Below, piece after piece: positions 52,201-63,999 of a stretch of 64,000 nt of DNA (position 1 is the stretch's first letter; each line of letters starts with the position of its first letter). The notes under the pieces are model-generated. The model had not been told where the DNA came from. It searched no databases and was given only the letters and a program-made list of their open reading frames with translations. Source of the stretch: Podarcis bocagei (taxonomy: Eukaryota); NCBI GenBank assembly GCA_964188305.1, contig OZ076886.1, one strand, 5' to 3'. Made by a program: the position numbers and the translations under genes.

Positions 52201-53817
52201 GTCCTCCAGTGGAAGCGGGATTGATCAAGAAGAGCAAAATGCCTTGCAAAGAGCAAGAATGAAGAACATGAATGAAGCAGAATACGTGTTCCTCCTTTGT
52301 ACCTGATGACCGGAGTTTGAAAACATTCCAGGCCACTCCAGTGGGTTCTTCCATTTTAGGACCTTACTGAAGGTCAGAACAGCCCAGAAGTGTTTGGATC
52401 TAGCAGCATCTCTTTGGAGGACAGACCACTGCAGGTTCAAAAAAGGCTCTCCTCATAATGAATGTCGGTCTGTTTTGAGCAGGAGCCTCATTGTCAGTCA
52501 GTAACAGCTCATAAACAGGAGTCCAAAAAGAAAGAAATGTAAGCTGGATGGAGACCCAAATACCTCAGAACTAAGTACCTTGACAGCTGTGTATGCGATT
52601 TAGTGCATGAAGTTCTGATGAAAGTCCATCTCTGGGAATAATATAAAGCTCATTCTGCATCCTAAACTTCTGAGAAGAGTCACAGTGGTTAAGCTATGGT
52701 GTACAGTTCTGATTTGTGGTGCATATGAACTGCTCAATTCAGATGTCATGGCAAGCTACAGTTACAATGAACCAGGAAGTGAATTGCAGCATGCAAGGGA
52801 ATTCTGAGGAACAGTCCTGTCAACCAAACCATGGTTTGACCAGTCTGCTGTGGCAGCAGCAGTGAAAGATAGCACATGTTGGTGGACATTTGCAAGACAG
52901 GCATATGAACATTGATGGACATTTTTACAAAGTGCAAGAACGTTGACCTCTTCAAGAAAAGCTGCCTTTAGGTAGAAAATCCTCTTAGGCTTCTCCCAAA
53001 AGAGAATCCAATCAGGAAAGCTACTGTTCTTAAGCACCTTGTATGCCATTCCATTAAGTGGAAGGAGAGTAGTTAAACCTACATACACCATGGCATGAGC
53101 TTGGATTAGATAGCGAGGAAAGGGGGATGACCTTGTCATCAATCTTTATTTTGTTCACTTTACTATTCACATCCCCCCCTTTAAGCAATTAGGTAGTTCT
53201 CAGACACCATGCTCTTTGCTGCATGCTACTGATGCTAGGGTCATTTAAAAAAAAACTTTTTCTTGCTCTTTGGCATATGGGAGTAGAGCCAAACTGATAC
53301 TCTTTGATGGGGTTTACTTTCATCTAATGGACTGGAACTTTGTGGTAAATAACATTTATCATCTTCATTATTTTCATCCACTGACACCCAAGCAGTGTGA
53401 TTTGACTATATAATTTTCGTCAGTTCTGGAATCTGCTGTGGTATTTTAGGGGAACCTATAAAATTCCATATTAGACTGGGAGTTGTGACATGCAGAAATA
53501 GTGATTTCTCTTCTTGAAGTCCATTACTTTCCCAGCTTCGTAAAGAAGTCTACAAAAGTTCTGAGTTTCTATATAAGCCACGGAGGAAAGGAAGCCTTTC
53601 TGTATAAGCCCCTCAGCTGTGTTCCTCCTCTGCCAGCCCGCTTGGTAGAAGGCCAGTAGAAGGGTAGTTTCCTGAATTTCCATACTAGCCTGGAGGAAGG
53701 AGCTTTCTCTCCTCTGTGGCAAGCATAGAAACACTTCCCCATCCTGCCCACTCACTTGCTGGGATGAAATTCTAGGTTGCTTATGATTACCAGATGAGTT
53801 ATTAAATGCAAGGCTGA
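49246..53817 (+). mobile_element. Decayed DIRS-like tyrosine-recombinase retroelement relic in TASOR intron 8, interrupted by LINE fragments
   Basis: 52879-52984 reads LVDICKTGI*TLMDIFTKCKNVDLF(fs)AAFR*KIL, similar to the DIRS YR C-terminus. 67-bp gap-free inverted match 49246-49312 / 53751-53817 (51/67). Confidence 0.6.
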
Positions 53818-54068
53818 GCTGTCAATTTCTTCATTATACCAATGACACTTTTAATTTTTCATATCATTACTTTGGAGAAGGGACACTTGAAAATCCTTCT
53901 GCCACATCTAAAAAGAAACTTACTCAAGAAAATTTAACTTCTCTGATCATGTCTGCAAAGCCATCTCCTAATACAAGTTTTTGGGTATAAAATGAATCCC
54001 ATTTTAATTCATATCTTCAAAGCACCATTTTTATAAGAAGTATTACAAAGTATTCTTTTTTCACATAG

Positions 54069-54174
54069 ATAAGGCAAGCTACACCTTATGGAAAGGGCAG
54101 CTTTTAAACAGAGGGACGCTTGTATGCCATGCTGCTTTGAAATCAGAAATGCGTCCTTTGCTTCCCTGCAAACT
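54069..54174 (+). CDS. TASOR: TASOR exon 9, SPOC-like region start (DKASYTLWKGQLLNRG...LLPCKL)
   Basis: Canonical AG/GT, 106 nt, phase 1-2; YTLWKGQLLN motif. Confidence 0.94.
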
Positions 54175-54429
54175 GTAAGTATTAAACTTTAAAACACAGA
54201 CCTGAAATCCTCATTTATTAGCCTAGATTATGTCAGATCTTGAAGGTCTGGGAACACTTCGGTTCTATGCATGATATGACCAGATTTTCTGTTGCTAGAA
54301 AGTGTGTTTCTATGCACACTTCCAACACTACTTCAAAAAATGATGTAAGAATTATAACCTTAGCTAAAAATGTGACCAATTGCTGCTGAGATAAAAAAAC
54401 CTCAGATTTCTTTATTCTTTCATCTTTAG

Positions 54430-54530
54430 ACCTGAAAAGCTCGATGTTGACATGGTTATGAACATTGAACACTTAAAGCACGTCTTTCCACGTGTGTTGC
54501 AGAAAGAAATATATTCAGGAGAAAGGGAAG
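54430..54530 (+). CDS. TASOR: TASOR exon 10 (PEKLDVDMVMNIEHLK...GERE)
   Basis: Canonical AG/GT, 101 nt, phase 2-1. Confidence 0.93.
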
Positions 54531-54898
54531 GTAAAGTCTCTTCTAATTAAAGGAAAACATTATTTATCCAGATAAGTATTGTCCCTAATGGATGCCTTTC
54601 TGCATTCTTTTTGTTGCTCAAGTCACTGGCAAACATAGGGTGATAAAGCAGTAGGGTAGATTGTTGGAAAACAAGTGGCGAATACACCCAACTGAACAAA
54701 GGCCAGAGCTCATTTTAGAGCTCACTCCGTGGCATTGATGGTGGCAAAGATGCAATACATTTCCATCACTACTGCATCAACACAGTGTTGTTCAAGAGAA
54801 CCATTTCAAGTAGTACTGAGTCTCTCTATGGACTTGCAGGAAGATCAGAGAACCCTCAACAGCTCACTGTTGCATTTACTAATCACTTGGCTGGTATT

Positions 54899-55042
54899 CA
54901 TAGAATCATACAATTGTAGGATTGGAAGGGACCACAAGGTTCATCTAGTCCACCTCCTTGCAATGTAGGAATCTTTTGCCCAATTCGGGGCTAGAACCTA
55001 CAATCCTGACATTAAGAGTCCCATGCTCTACTGACTGAGCTA
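54899..55042 (-). mobile_element. tRNA-derived SINE with CR1-type tail (Squam3-like)
   Basis: Reverse complement starts TAGCTCAGTCAGTAGAGCATGGGACTCTTAAT and ends in a CR1-like ATGATTCTATG tail. Confidence 0.8.
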
Positions 55043-56620
55043 TCATTCACATCTGATCCAACTTGAGGGTTGAATGCCACAACTGCTGTAGAAGTAACGA
55101 AAGTAAGAGTCTAAGTCTGTCCACATCTTAGGCTGCAATACCTGAAATTGATCCAAGCAGATATTGCCAATGTTTTTGATGGGATAAGGCCCGCCATGTT
55201 TCTGCTCAACCAGTGCCTGTTGCAGTTGATAACTTCTGATGGATGATTGGATCAGTTCAGAAGATAATTCATGCCTCATTGTGTCAAATCTGCCTAGAGG
55301 ATGCAGCTGTGCAGGAACTCCTTAAGAATCTGCTTTAGCCCAAGTTGACTATGACTGGTCACAAATCTCTCTTTTGGGAGCAAATATCTTGGGATTATTG
55401 GATGAAACGGAGTATCTAAGACCTCTTTGAATCTGGATGCAGGACCAGTTTGAATCTGGATGCAGGTCACCCTGGTACCAAAGTGACAGCTACAGGAGAG
55501 TATGACTTGTTGATCATTCTGGATTTCTTGGTTTTTGCTTCTTCAGTACCATCAGTCGCAGTATGCTTCTGAATTATGCTTTTGGATTGTCCATCTGGAA
55601 TGTTGGTGGGAGGCACCATTTTGAGCTGGTCCTGCTCCTTCCTGGCATATATATTTTGGATAATGATGGTGGAGATGATCTTCATGTTGTTTAATGTCTT
55701 TGTGAATCTGCTGACAGAGGTTGTTGGCAGCCAGTTGCCATTAGTATCCTTGTGACACCCTGTTCTATTTCTCCTCAGCATCAAAATCCACAAAGACAGT
55801 GGAAGTGCTGAATTGGTGCCTTGGGTCTAATGGAGTAGATGAGGGCTAATTGAAACTCAATCTAGACAAGATGGGATATACTGTTAGTGGGTGGTTAAGC
55901 GGATGTGTAAAGTTGTGTCTTGCTCACTTTTGATTAGGTTACACTTGTACACAGCTTTGTTTTTTGTTGGATCCAACCTTTACTTGTAAGCAGTTACCAG
56001 CGCTTTTGTAACATCCAGGTTAGATTACTCCAGGTTAGATTACTGCGCTGCCTTTGAAGATGGTTCATAAATTTTAAGTAGCTCAGAATACAGCAGGCAG
56101 ACTGTTGATTTGAGTACACTAGCTTGAACATATATAAAACCATCTGAACATATTTAACACCAACTCTTTTCTTAGTGGCCTTCATAGATCAAAGGTCATT
56201 GTTACTTTAGGAACATAAAATGTGCTTTGTATAACTTGGTTTGCATTCAGTATAGTTTGGTATATTAAAAGTACAGCTCATTCAGACAATTATAAGCCAA
56301 ATTTGCTTTTTAATTGTAAATGGAGTTACAAACAGATGAAGTGTAAGGAACTTGCTTGTTTCATTTTGCCAGTTTATGAGTAGTAGGCAGAAACCAGTAA
56401 AACCAGAAGAAACCATCATTATAGTAAAACACTGAATATGTATTCTGAGAATGATTCTGTCTTCTCCAGCCTTCCACAGTGTGAAGCAGACATACAGCAC
56501 TCATTTCTGTAAAAAAAAGCAGAGAAAAAACAGGGTGTGTGTTGAGAAGAAACGAAGTCTCCATGAATACTACATGAAATTTAATTAGTCTCATTTTATT
56601 TTGAAGGTTACCTAGATACC

Positions 56621-57249
56621 TGTTGATTGTGTGATCAAAGACAACAGACACAGCAATTGGAGAAATAGAAAGTAAAATTTATTGCTGACAGCAATAGGTC
56701 CAGTGGAGTTCTCTCCCAAGGACTGGACCCCGATCATTTGTGCTCTGGGCTTATATACCTTTTCCCAAATAGCTTTAGGCATTACATATTCATAAACTGC
56801 AGCAAAATTAAATCAATAAGCTTGGACACCACCCTTCCTATATCCTCCTATGTCCATATAAAGATTACTTCTGCTTTCCATATAATTGCTCATTATATTA
56901 GTAACTACTCCTATACTGTTATCAGCAAGCAAAGCAAAAATCCCCGTTTGGCAGACAAAGCCCCCCCAAACCCCCTCCTGTTATCAGACATCCTGTGTCC
57001 TATGTGGAAAGCACCAACTTGGACATCCTGTTTCACTGAACATTGGGTTATGATGACCGTCTCAGACCATTTCATGACTATGATGGATGTCTTCCTTGCA
57101 AATTGCAAATGCAGCTAAATGCATATATGTTTCTGCTAACACAGCAATAAGGCTAAGAGAAAGGCACAGCATTTGGCTTTTTAGAATTAGGCACTTTAGG
57201 CACAATAAGGTAAAGTGAGGCACAACAATATATATAAGGCACAATGATA
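56621..57249 (-). mobile_element. Solo LTR, antisense in TASOR intron 10
   Basis: TG...TA termini (one end degenerate), 4-bp TSD TACC (56617-20, 57250-53). Minus-strand TATATAA at 56751-57 and AATAAA at 56678-83 in U3-R-U5 order. Confidence 0.65.
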
Positions 57250-58574
57250 TACCTGTATGCTTTCTTTAGGGGGCCTTGCCACAATTTTGTGAGGTGTTTC
57301 TACTTCTTCATATTTATTATGGACTTCTAAAAACTGTACTTTCTCTTAAGTCCTTTGAGGCTTAGTCAAAAACATAGAAACAAATCTACCAACTATGCCA
57401 ACAAGAAGCCCACAAGCAAATAAGGCACTGAATTCTTCTTCCTTCTCTTGTAACGGTGGCAGTGCCCTCCAAGAGTCAGAAATGCATCTTCTTATTCTAT
57501 CTGAGAGTTTTACTTAGTGTACAACAGGACATGCTTGCCCTCATTGTATACGAATTGTGAAGATTTGCTACTATACATACTGTACTATAGTATATGCTAT
57601 ACTATACATGGCCCTGCAGAAAAATCTTCCTGTTAACACAGCTTTTAGAAATCATTTTGGGGGTGTAAATATATGAAGACTTAAATAAGGTGTTTAACAA
57701 TCATTCTAAAAGAAAATATTTCGTCATCCAAACTTTCCCAGGGTTTCCTTTGGCAAAAAAACAAGAAAGGTGTTTTTTTTTGGGGGGGGAATGGGGGAAA
57801 GTGTCCCTGCCCCAATTTTTTTCTAGTTTTCCCCCCAGGCCTTCATATTACTATCCAGAGACCCTCTTCTAGGCATCTATGCCACATTCTCTACACAGTA
57901 GAGATTGGGTTAATGGTGTCTGGGAGTAGGACCTCTTGTTTATGGAATGCCCTCTTGTGAGTGATGCATTAAATATGGAATGCCATCTCTGAACAGCTTG
58001 AGAATGACACCAACATTTCTCTTATTTTGATTGCAGGTGAAACTTTTTCCTAACAAATAATTATAGTGGTTTGGTGGTTTTGTATGCTCTACTTTTACTG
58101 ATTTTTTAAAAAAATGTACATGTGAAAAAACTTTATTTTGGAGTAAACTTTATCGTTATCTGTTGTTTTTGTTACTTGTTGTTACGACTTTCTTGAACTA
58201 TTTTAAAATAGAAAAGCAGTTTGGACAGGTGTGTTTAAGTAATACATAATGGCTTGGATCCTATGTAGTTCAGGCAGAAGGAAGATAACATGCAAGAGGA
58301 GTTTCCCATCCCACCCCTATATGATCCCCTCCAACCCTCTCTGAGCCGTCTGGGATCCTCCTAAACAATGTGGGGCGGGGTACTGGGAGGGGATTGCCCC
58401 CAAATCATGCAGAGCTGCCTTGTGCAAACATACAGAGTTCACACAGTGCAGTTTGTTTAACTTTGGGCAATTGGCTTGTTCTACAGCAGTCCTATGCTGT
58501 TCAGAAGGATCACTTTACCAATTGAGAGGTATTTTGGGGAGTGCAAAGGAAGGAGGGGATCTGAATTCCAAATA

Positions 58575-58881
58575 CCGTATATACTCGAGCATAAGCCGAC
58601 CTGATTATAAGCCGAGGCACCTCATTTTACCACAAAAAACTGGGAAAACTTATTGACTTGAGTATAAGCCGGTTCACCACACCACCAACCTCCTGTTGGG
58701 CCGGAGTGAGTTTGTGTCCAAAAGGGCTGCTTTCGGGCTGGCTGCTCGTTCCTCCTCCTCCGCCGACAACAGCCTCTGCCGCTCGCTTGGGTGGGACCCT
58801 CACTCAGGTATAAGCCAAGGGGGGCTTTTTCAACACCAAAAAATGTGCTGAAAAAGTCGGTTTATACATGAGTATATACGG
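58575..58881. mobile_element. pogo/Tc2-like MITE
   Basis: TIRs CCGTATATACTCGAG / CATGAGTATATACGG, TA TSD. Confidence 0.85.
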
Positions 58882-58989
58882 TAGCTTCTGCTTGTGTTAC
58901 TAAAAATCCAAGCCAATACAGACAGATATTTGCTTGCTTTGTCTCTTGGCAGAAGGGACTAATAGATGCTTTTCTTTTTACATTTTCAG

Positions 58990-59093
58990 AGTACAGGAAT
59001 GGAATGTATTGCAGTCTGTATGAAGTTGTGGAAAAGACTAGGACAGGAAGTAATTTGGAAGGTTTACTTCAAAAGCTAGAGACAGACAAACTT
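58990..59093 (+). CDS. TASOR: TASOR exon 11 (EYRNGMYCSLYEVVEKTRTGSNLEGLLQKLETDKL)
   Basis: Canonical AG/GT, 104 nt, phase 1-0. Confidence 0.95.
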
Positions 59094-59415
59094 GTGAGTA
59101 GAGCATCTTTTCATAACTTTACTATGTGCATAGCTATTCCACTGAGAGAGGTTCTGAGAATAATTTGGCCAGTTCATATTTTATGAAAATACATCATGAG
59201 CAGACAAGTGCCTGCCGTCTTGCTTGTTGGATCCGGCCAATGGCCCATCTAGTTCAGCATCCTGATCCCACCGTGGCTGACGAGATGCCTGTGGGAAGCC
59301 TTCAAGCTGAACATGGCAAGCTGGCAAGAGTGGGTGTTCCAAATTTAATATGCATTATCTAGAATTAGGGGCATCCTTTTTCTGTTGTGTGAATTGTGTA
59401 AACTTCTTTTTTCAG

Positions 59416-59488
59416 GTTATTGTAAAACCACTTATAGACAGGGGATATCTCTTGCTGCTTTCTTCTTATCAAATGGCTTCCCCATATG
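59416..59488 (+). CDS. TASOR: TASOR exon 12 (VIVKPLIDRGYLLLLSSYQMASPY)
   Basis: Canonical AG/GT, 73 nt, phase 0-1. Confidence 0.94.
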
Positions 59489-59581
59489 GTATGCAACTTG
59501 TTTCTTCTTCAGCAATTCAGATTAGTTTCTTTTAATTAGCAGCTTCATTACTTTACGGTGTGCCTTTTTTTCTTAATTCAG

Positions 59582-59650
59582 ACAACAGAAAGCCTCACAT
59601 TCTGCAGGCATTGTTTCTATTTCGGAATCCTAGAGGTGTTGTGACTTCAG
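59582..59650 (+). CDS. TASOR: TASOR exon 13 (DNRKPHILQALFLFRNPRGVVTS)
   Basis: Follows a 93-nt intron; canonical AG/GT, 69 nt, phase 1-1. Confidence 0.9.
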
Positions 59651-61171
59651 GTAAGATTTAATCTTTAATGTACCAATTTATTAATTGTTAAATGTCTTAA
59701 GTCCCAGTGCAACCATATAATAAGAAAAGTGTAAAAACCTTTAAAAATAATTCCATATATAAAAATGCAAAAATAAAAACAATTCTCTATTTAAAAATAA
59801 AGTCAGTAGTTCCGGTACAAGTTAATTGTTCTGGTAAAGATCTCCACTTAAAAGGTTTCTTGCTGTAATACTATTGATGCAGTAATAGCAGGGCTGGCCC
59901 ATTCATGAGGCAAGGTGAGGCAACCGTCTCAGGTGGCAGGTTCCACAGGCGCAGTGGATCAGCCTCAAGAAATGTATCACCTTCTATTGCTCCCGCGGTG
60001 GCAGCAGCAGCAGCTTTAGTGCTATAGATCTGAAATTAGCTCTGGAAAGGCACAAAACCTGTATGTGTGCCTACTCCAGTGATCACCTGAAGATCAACTG
60101 TTACAGGTAAGCAGCATATCTTAAGCTGTGTTAGTAGAATACAGAGAACCTTGCCGTAGAGCAATGCTGATGAGTAATGAGAAGAGATGCTGATGCTTTA
60201 TTGCTGCTTGTCTGTTTGCGGTAGCAAGGAAGAGTACAGAGCAAATTACCTATGAATTATACTGTGTTAGAAAGTGGAAGCAGAAGGGGCCTAAGAGTAT
60301 TCAGGTGCTTGAAACAACAGATGTATAGAGATACAATGACATACCAAGCATGGAAGACAGAATAATTATTCAGAATAATTATTTGTTGTAAGTCACCCAG
60401 AGAACATTTTGTTGGGCAGCCTAAAAGCGCAGAAACTAAATAAAAAAATTGGAGGAACATGTGATAGTCTGAGAAGGAAGGTGGCTTCTGGAATTTGAAT
60501 GGTCCATTAGATAAGAGCAGCATGCTTTCATTGCTAGAAAGGTGGATATGGTTGCCACAACAATACAACACATTACAAATAATCATTAAAAGCACTACAT
60601 AAAGCTTGTATAGAATTTTCCTGTTTAGAATCATTTAGAGTTGATACATACTCACCATTGGCTTAATCACAGAGGCAGGGAACCTGTAGCTCTAAATATG
60701 TTGCTTCACTACAAATTGCATCACCCTTGGCCATTAGAAATGCTGTAAGAAGACAACTGATAGCTCATAAAAGTTATGCTCAAAATCATGAGATATTCTT
60801 AGATACAAATATGGGAAGAAAAAATATTTCTAATAGTCCTCTGCTAATGCAAATTGCTGTCTTATAATATAATTGGAATTTGCTTTTTAACCCCAAGTGA
60901 GTGTGGTTTAATGGCTAGGCCTTGGGGGACAATGTTCAGATCCTTTACTCAGCCATGAAGTGGACTACAAGATCTTGTGTCTGTCACTATCATTCAGTTT
61001 AACCTATCTCAAGTTTTGAAGATAAAGTGGTGCAGGAGAACTGTATATACTATTTTAAACTCCGGGGGGGGGGAGATATAAGTTAAAATATGTATTAATA
61101 GTTGTGTTGCTTGCTTAAATGACTGATTTTTCTCTCTTGCAATTGTCTTTCTGCTTTTATTTTGAACACAG

Positions 61172-61855
61172 TTCTAAAAAATGAACAGAAAAGTGCAAAT
61201 ACGTTATTAACGCAGGAAGCCCATGTGGTCATGCCGGAATTTACAAGATTTATTCAGTCGCTACATTATGCTTATATTCATTCTCGTAAAGACACTAAAG
61301 TAGATTTAAATACTGCGGTGGAAAAGCATATAAATGACTATCTGAAGCGAAACAGTAAATTTAATAAAGAGTTCATTTTATATAATTATAGCACAGTCTT
61401 GGATGAGAAAAAGCACCTATATCCTGCACCAAAAAACAAATCCAATATTGAAAGCGCCTTACGCAACTACATTTTTGGTTCAGAAACCTACCAGATGTCT
61501 GTTTCTAAAGCAAAAAAAATTATGGATGGAAATCGGAAGCCTCAGCAGTTTAGTCCTATTTCAGATTATGAAGCCACAGAGGAGGAATCTGACTACAGAA
61601 AGAGAAAAGCTAGGAAAAGAAATGGTTCTAAATGTGAAACTGTAGTTGCCAAGAGAAAACCTGGTGACCCTGGGGATTATGATCCAGAAAGTATCAAAAA
61701 GTTGATTAACTTAATTCAGTGTATGAAGAAAAATGTAGATAGAGACTCTGACACGGAAGACAACAGAAATGAAAGCAGACTGCAAATTAAGATAGAGAGC
61801 CCACAGAAACATTTTAAAACTAGTGAGTCCTCAGAAAACATTTGTCAGCATGAAG
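61172..61855 (+). CDS. TASOR: TASOR exon 14 (VLKNEQ...QQFSPISDYE...LINLIQC...DSDTED...CQHE)
   Basis: Inside ORF 61162..62043; AG at 61170-71, GT at 61856; 684 nt, phase 1-1. Confidence 0.93.
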
Positions 61856-62033
61856 GTAAGAGCTTTCGTAAGCTACTTTCGGTCTATGAAAATGTTCTTT
61901 TAGTGTGGCTGCGGCTGTGCTCTGGAACTGCCTGTGTATTTAAATTAGGCAGGCACCTTCACTATACTGTTAGTTTCAGCTGGTCTATCCAGACACATGA
62001 TTTCATTAGATTTGCATTAATGTTTTTATGTAT

Positions 62034-62110
62034 TGTTGTTTAGTTGTTTAGTCATGTCCAACTCTTTGTGACCCCATGGACCAGAGCACGCCAGGCACTC
62101 CTGTCTTCGG
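62034..62110 (-). mobile_element. 5'-truncated RTE/BovB-like LINE 3' end
   Basis: GTTGTTTAGT...CAACTCTTTGTGACCCCATGGACC; 10-bp TSD TTTTATGTAT (62024-33, 62111-20). Confidence 0.8.
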
Positions 62111-62343
62111 TTTTATGTATACTTCTTTTTAATTGCTTTGCATATTTTAGTCCTGTTCTATATAGAATTGAACCTGTGTACTACTTGTAGATACATTTTC
62201 TTTGAGCAAGCAGTTTATAAATTTTCTAAATTGTAATAATAATACTAATTTATTTGTATTGGCTATGTCAACTAACTAAAGGACGGCAAATAACTTTTAG
62301 CATAACTTCATGTTTTCCCCAATTCCCCTTCTTTGGTTTCTAG

Positions 62344-62681
62344 GGGGCAGAGCAACAGAATCACTTCTTTCAATTATACATGACCTTGGTGGACATGATA
62401 CAGATTTGAGGCAGCAAAATGTTGCTAATACTCCCAGTAATGATGTATATGGTTTCCTAAAGCAGATTTCAGCAATAATTAATAAGCAAGATTCAGCAGA
62501 AAGCTATTCAGAGCAACAGGTTGAATACAACTCAATTCTGCAACAGATCAAGAACTTTCTTAATGCTTCACATGTTGAAAATGTTCAAAGCCCAAAGTTG
62601 GAAGTGAATGCATCATGCTTGCCTTATTCGTCTGACGTTTCTGCTAGTGAAGTAGACATTGATCATGCCCAACATTTAAAA
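62344..62681 (+). CDS. TASOR: TASOR exon 15 (GGRATES...GHDTDLRQQ...SEVDIDHAQHLK); gene continues beyond the window
   Basis: Inside ORF 62310..62834; AG at 62342-43, GT at 62682; 338 nt, phase 1-0. Confidence 0.88.
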
Positions 62682-63380
62682 GTAAGAATCTCTTTAAAAA
62701 TATTAGAAACTGCTTCTAAAATTTCAGTGTATGCATTTGGTGTATATAAAATAGGGGTTCTTTTTAGCATTTGTATTTGTGGCTTCTGGATCTCCAGTTT
62801 GACTGTTATAATGGCCCAACTCCTGAAACAGTGAAAAGTAAAGGGGTAGATTGAACAAGACCAATGCTAAATTCTCTTATTCATGCAGTTCTGAATTATA
62901 GTAGTAGTGGGGGCAGGGGGCGGGGTAGGAAATAAGAATGGTATAAGGTTGAGGGTAGTTTGCCATGAAGAAGTTCTGCTGTAATGAACAGCTGCATTTG
63001 TGTCCATTGAATTTATACTTTGAGGTGGAAAAGTACTAACAGCTTTAACTGGAAACTGAAGAATAATCATCAACCTAGATGCTGTGTGTTCTCTCCCCTA
63101 CCCTATTCAGCATAAGTAATATTCTAGATGTATGCTCCCTGTGACTCTTTTGCTGATATGTGTGGGTATTTTAGTAATTTGGTTAAATAGTAAAATGAGA
63201 ATTCCCTGGATGCCTAGATCCAGTTTTGGAGCAAGCACTCTTTGGTGATTAAGCCTCATCAGAGATTTACAATCACAAAACATGCAGCAAAATAAAGTGT
63301 GGAAATAGACCTTTAAAATATTCCTTTCTAAGTTGTTCCCAAAGTTTCTCACTTCCCTTAGCATTGAAAAAGACCACATA

Positions 63381-63999
63381 CAGTAGTGCCCCGCAAGACG
63401 AACGCCTCGCAAGACAAAAAACTCGCTAGACGAAAGGTTTTTTCGTCCGCGATTTGCCTCGCAAGACGAATTCCCCTATGGGCTTGCTTCGCAAAACGAA
63501 GCTTGCCCCGGGGACAGCGGGTCTTCTCTTTTGAAGCAAGGGGCTGCGGGGAGATAGCGATCTCCCTGCAGCCCCTTGCTGCAAAAGACGTCCGGGGGAA
63601 GCGGGGAAGCGAAGCGCTTCGCTTCCCCGCTTCCCCCGGACCTCTTCTGAAGCAAGGGGATGGGGGGAGATAGCGATCTCCCTGCAGCCCCTTGCTGCAA
63701 AAGACGTCGGATGAAGCGGGGAAGCGAAGCGCTTCGCTTCCCCGCTTCCCCCGGACCTCTTCTGAAGCAAGGGGATGGGGGGAGATAGCGATCTCCCTGC
63801 AGCCCCTTGCTGCAAAAGACGTCGGGGGAAGCGGGGAAGCGAAGCGCTTCGCTTCCCCGCTTCCCCCGGACCTCTTCTGAAGCAAGGGGCTGGGGGGAGA
63901 TAGCGATCTCCCCCCAGCCCCTTGCTTCAGAAGAGGTCCGGGGGAAGCGGGAAGCGAAGCGCTTCGCTTCCCCGCTTCCCCCTGATGTCTTTTGCAACT
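63381..63999. mobile_element. Tigger-like MITE carrying an internal ~115-bp palindromic tandem repeat; runs off the window end
   Basis: TA + CAGTAGTGCCCCGCAAGACG terminus; repeat units start at 63533, 63649, 63764 and 63879. Confidence 0.8.

Noticed and set aside
54980-55042. tRNA gene (Lys-like)
   Set aside because: Degenerate T-arm and fused to a CR1-type tail, so it is a SINE head.
32910-56045. Short 16-24 bp tandem duplications (~32910, 37520, 51350, 55425, 56015)
   Set aside because: Ordinary replication-slippage duplications with no shared motif.
11643-62681. Paralog assignment NET1 + TASOR2 (FAM208B)
   Set aside because: The ESNV C-terminus, DVCVNQMLTSKEIKRQE and the FQIPRKSKEKK/ALFQP N-terminus fit ARHGEF3 and TASOR as I recall them, as does their direct adjacency.
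63358-63997. Overlapping 95-175 aa ORFs on both strands
   Set aside because: Artefacts of the GC-rich palindromic tandem repeat.
63520-63999. CRISPR-like array of palindromic repeats
   Set aside because: Units are contiguous with no unique spacers, there are no cas genes, the context is a eukaryotic intron, and the array lies inside a TA-flanked MITE.
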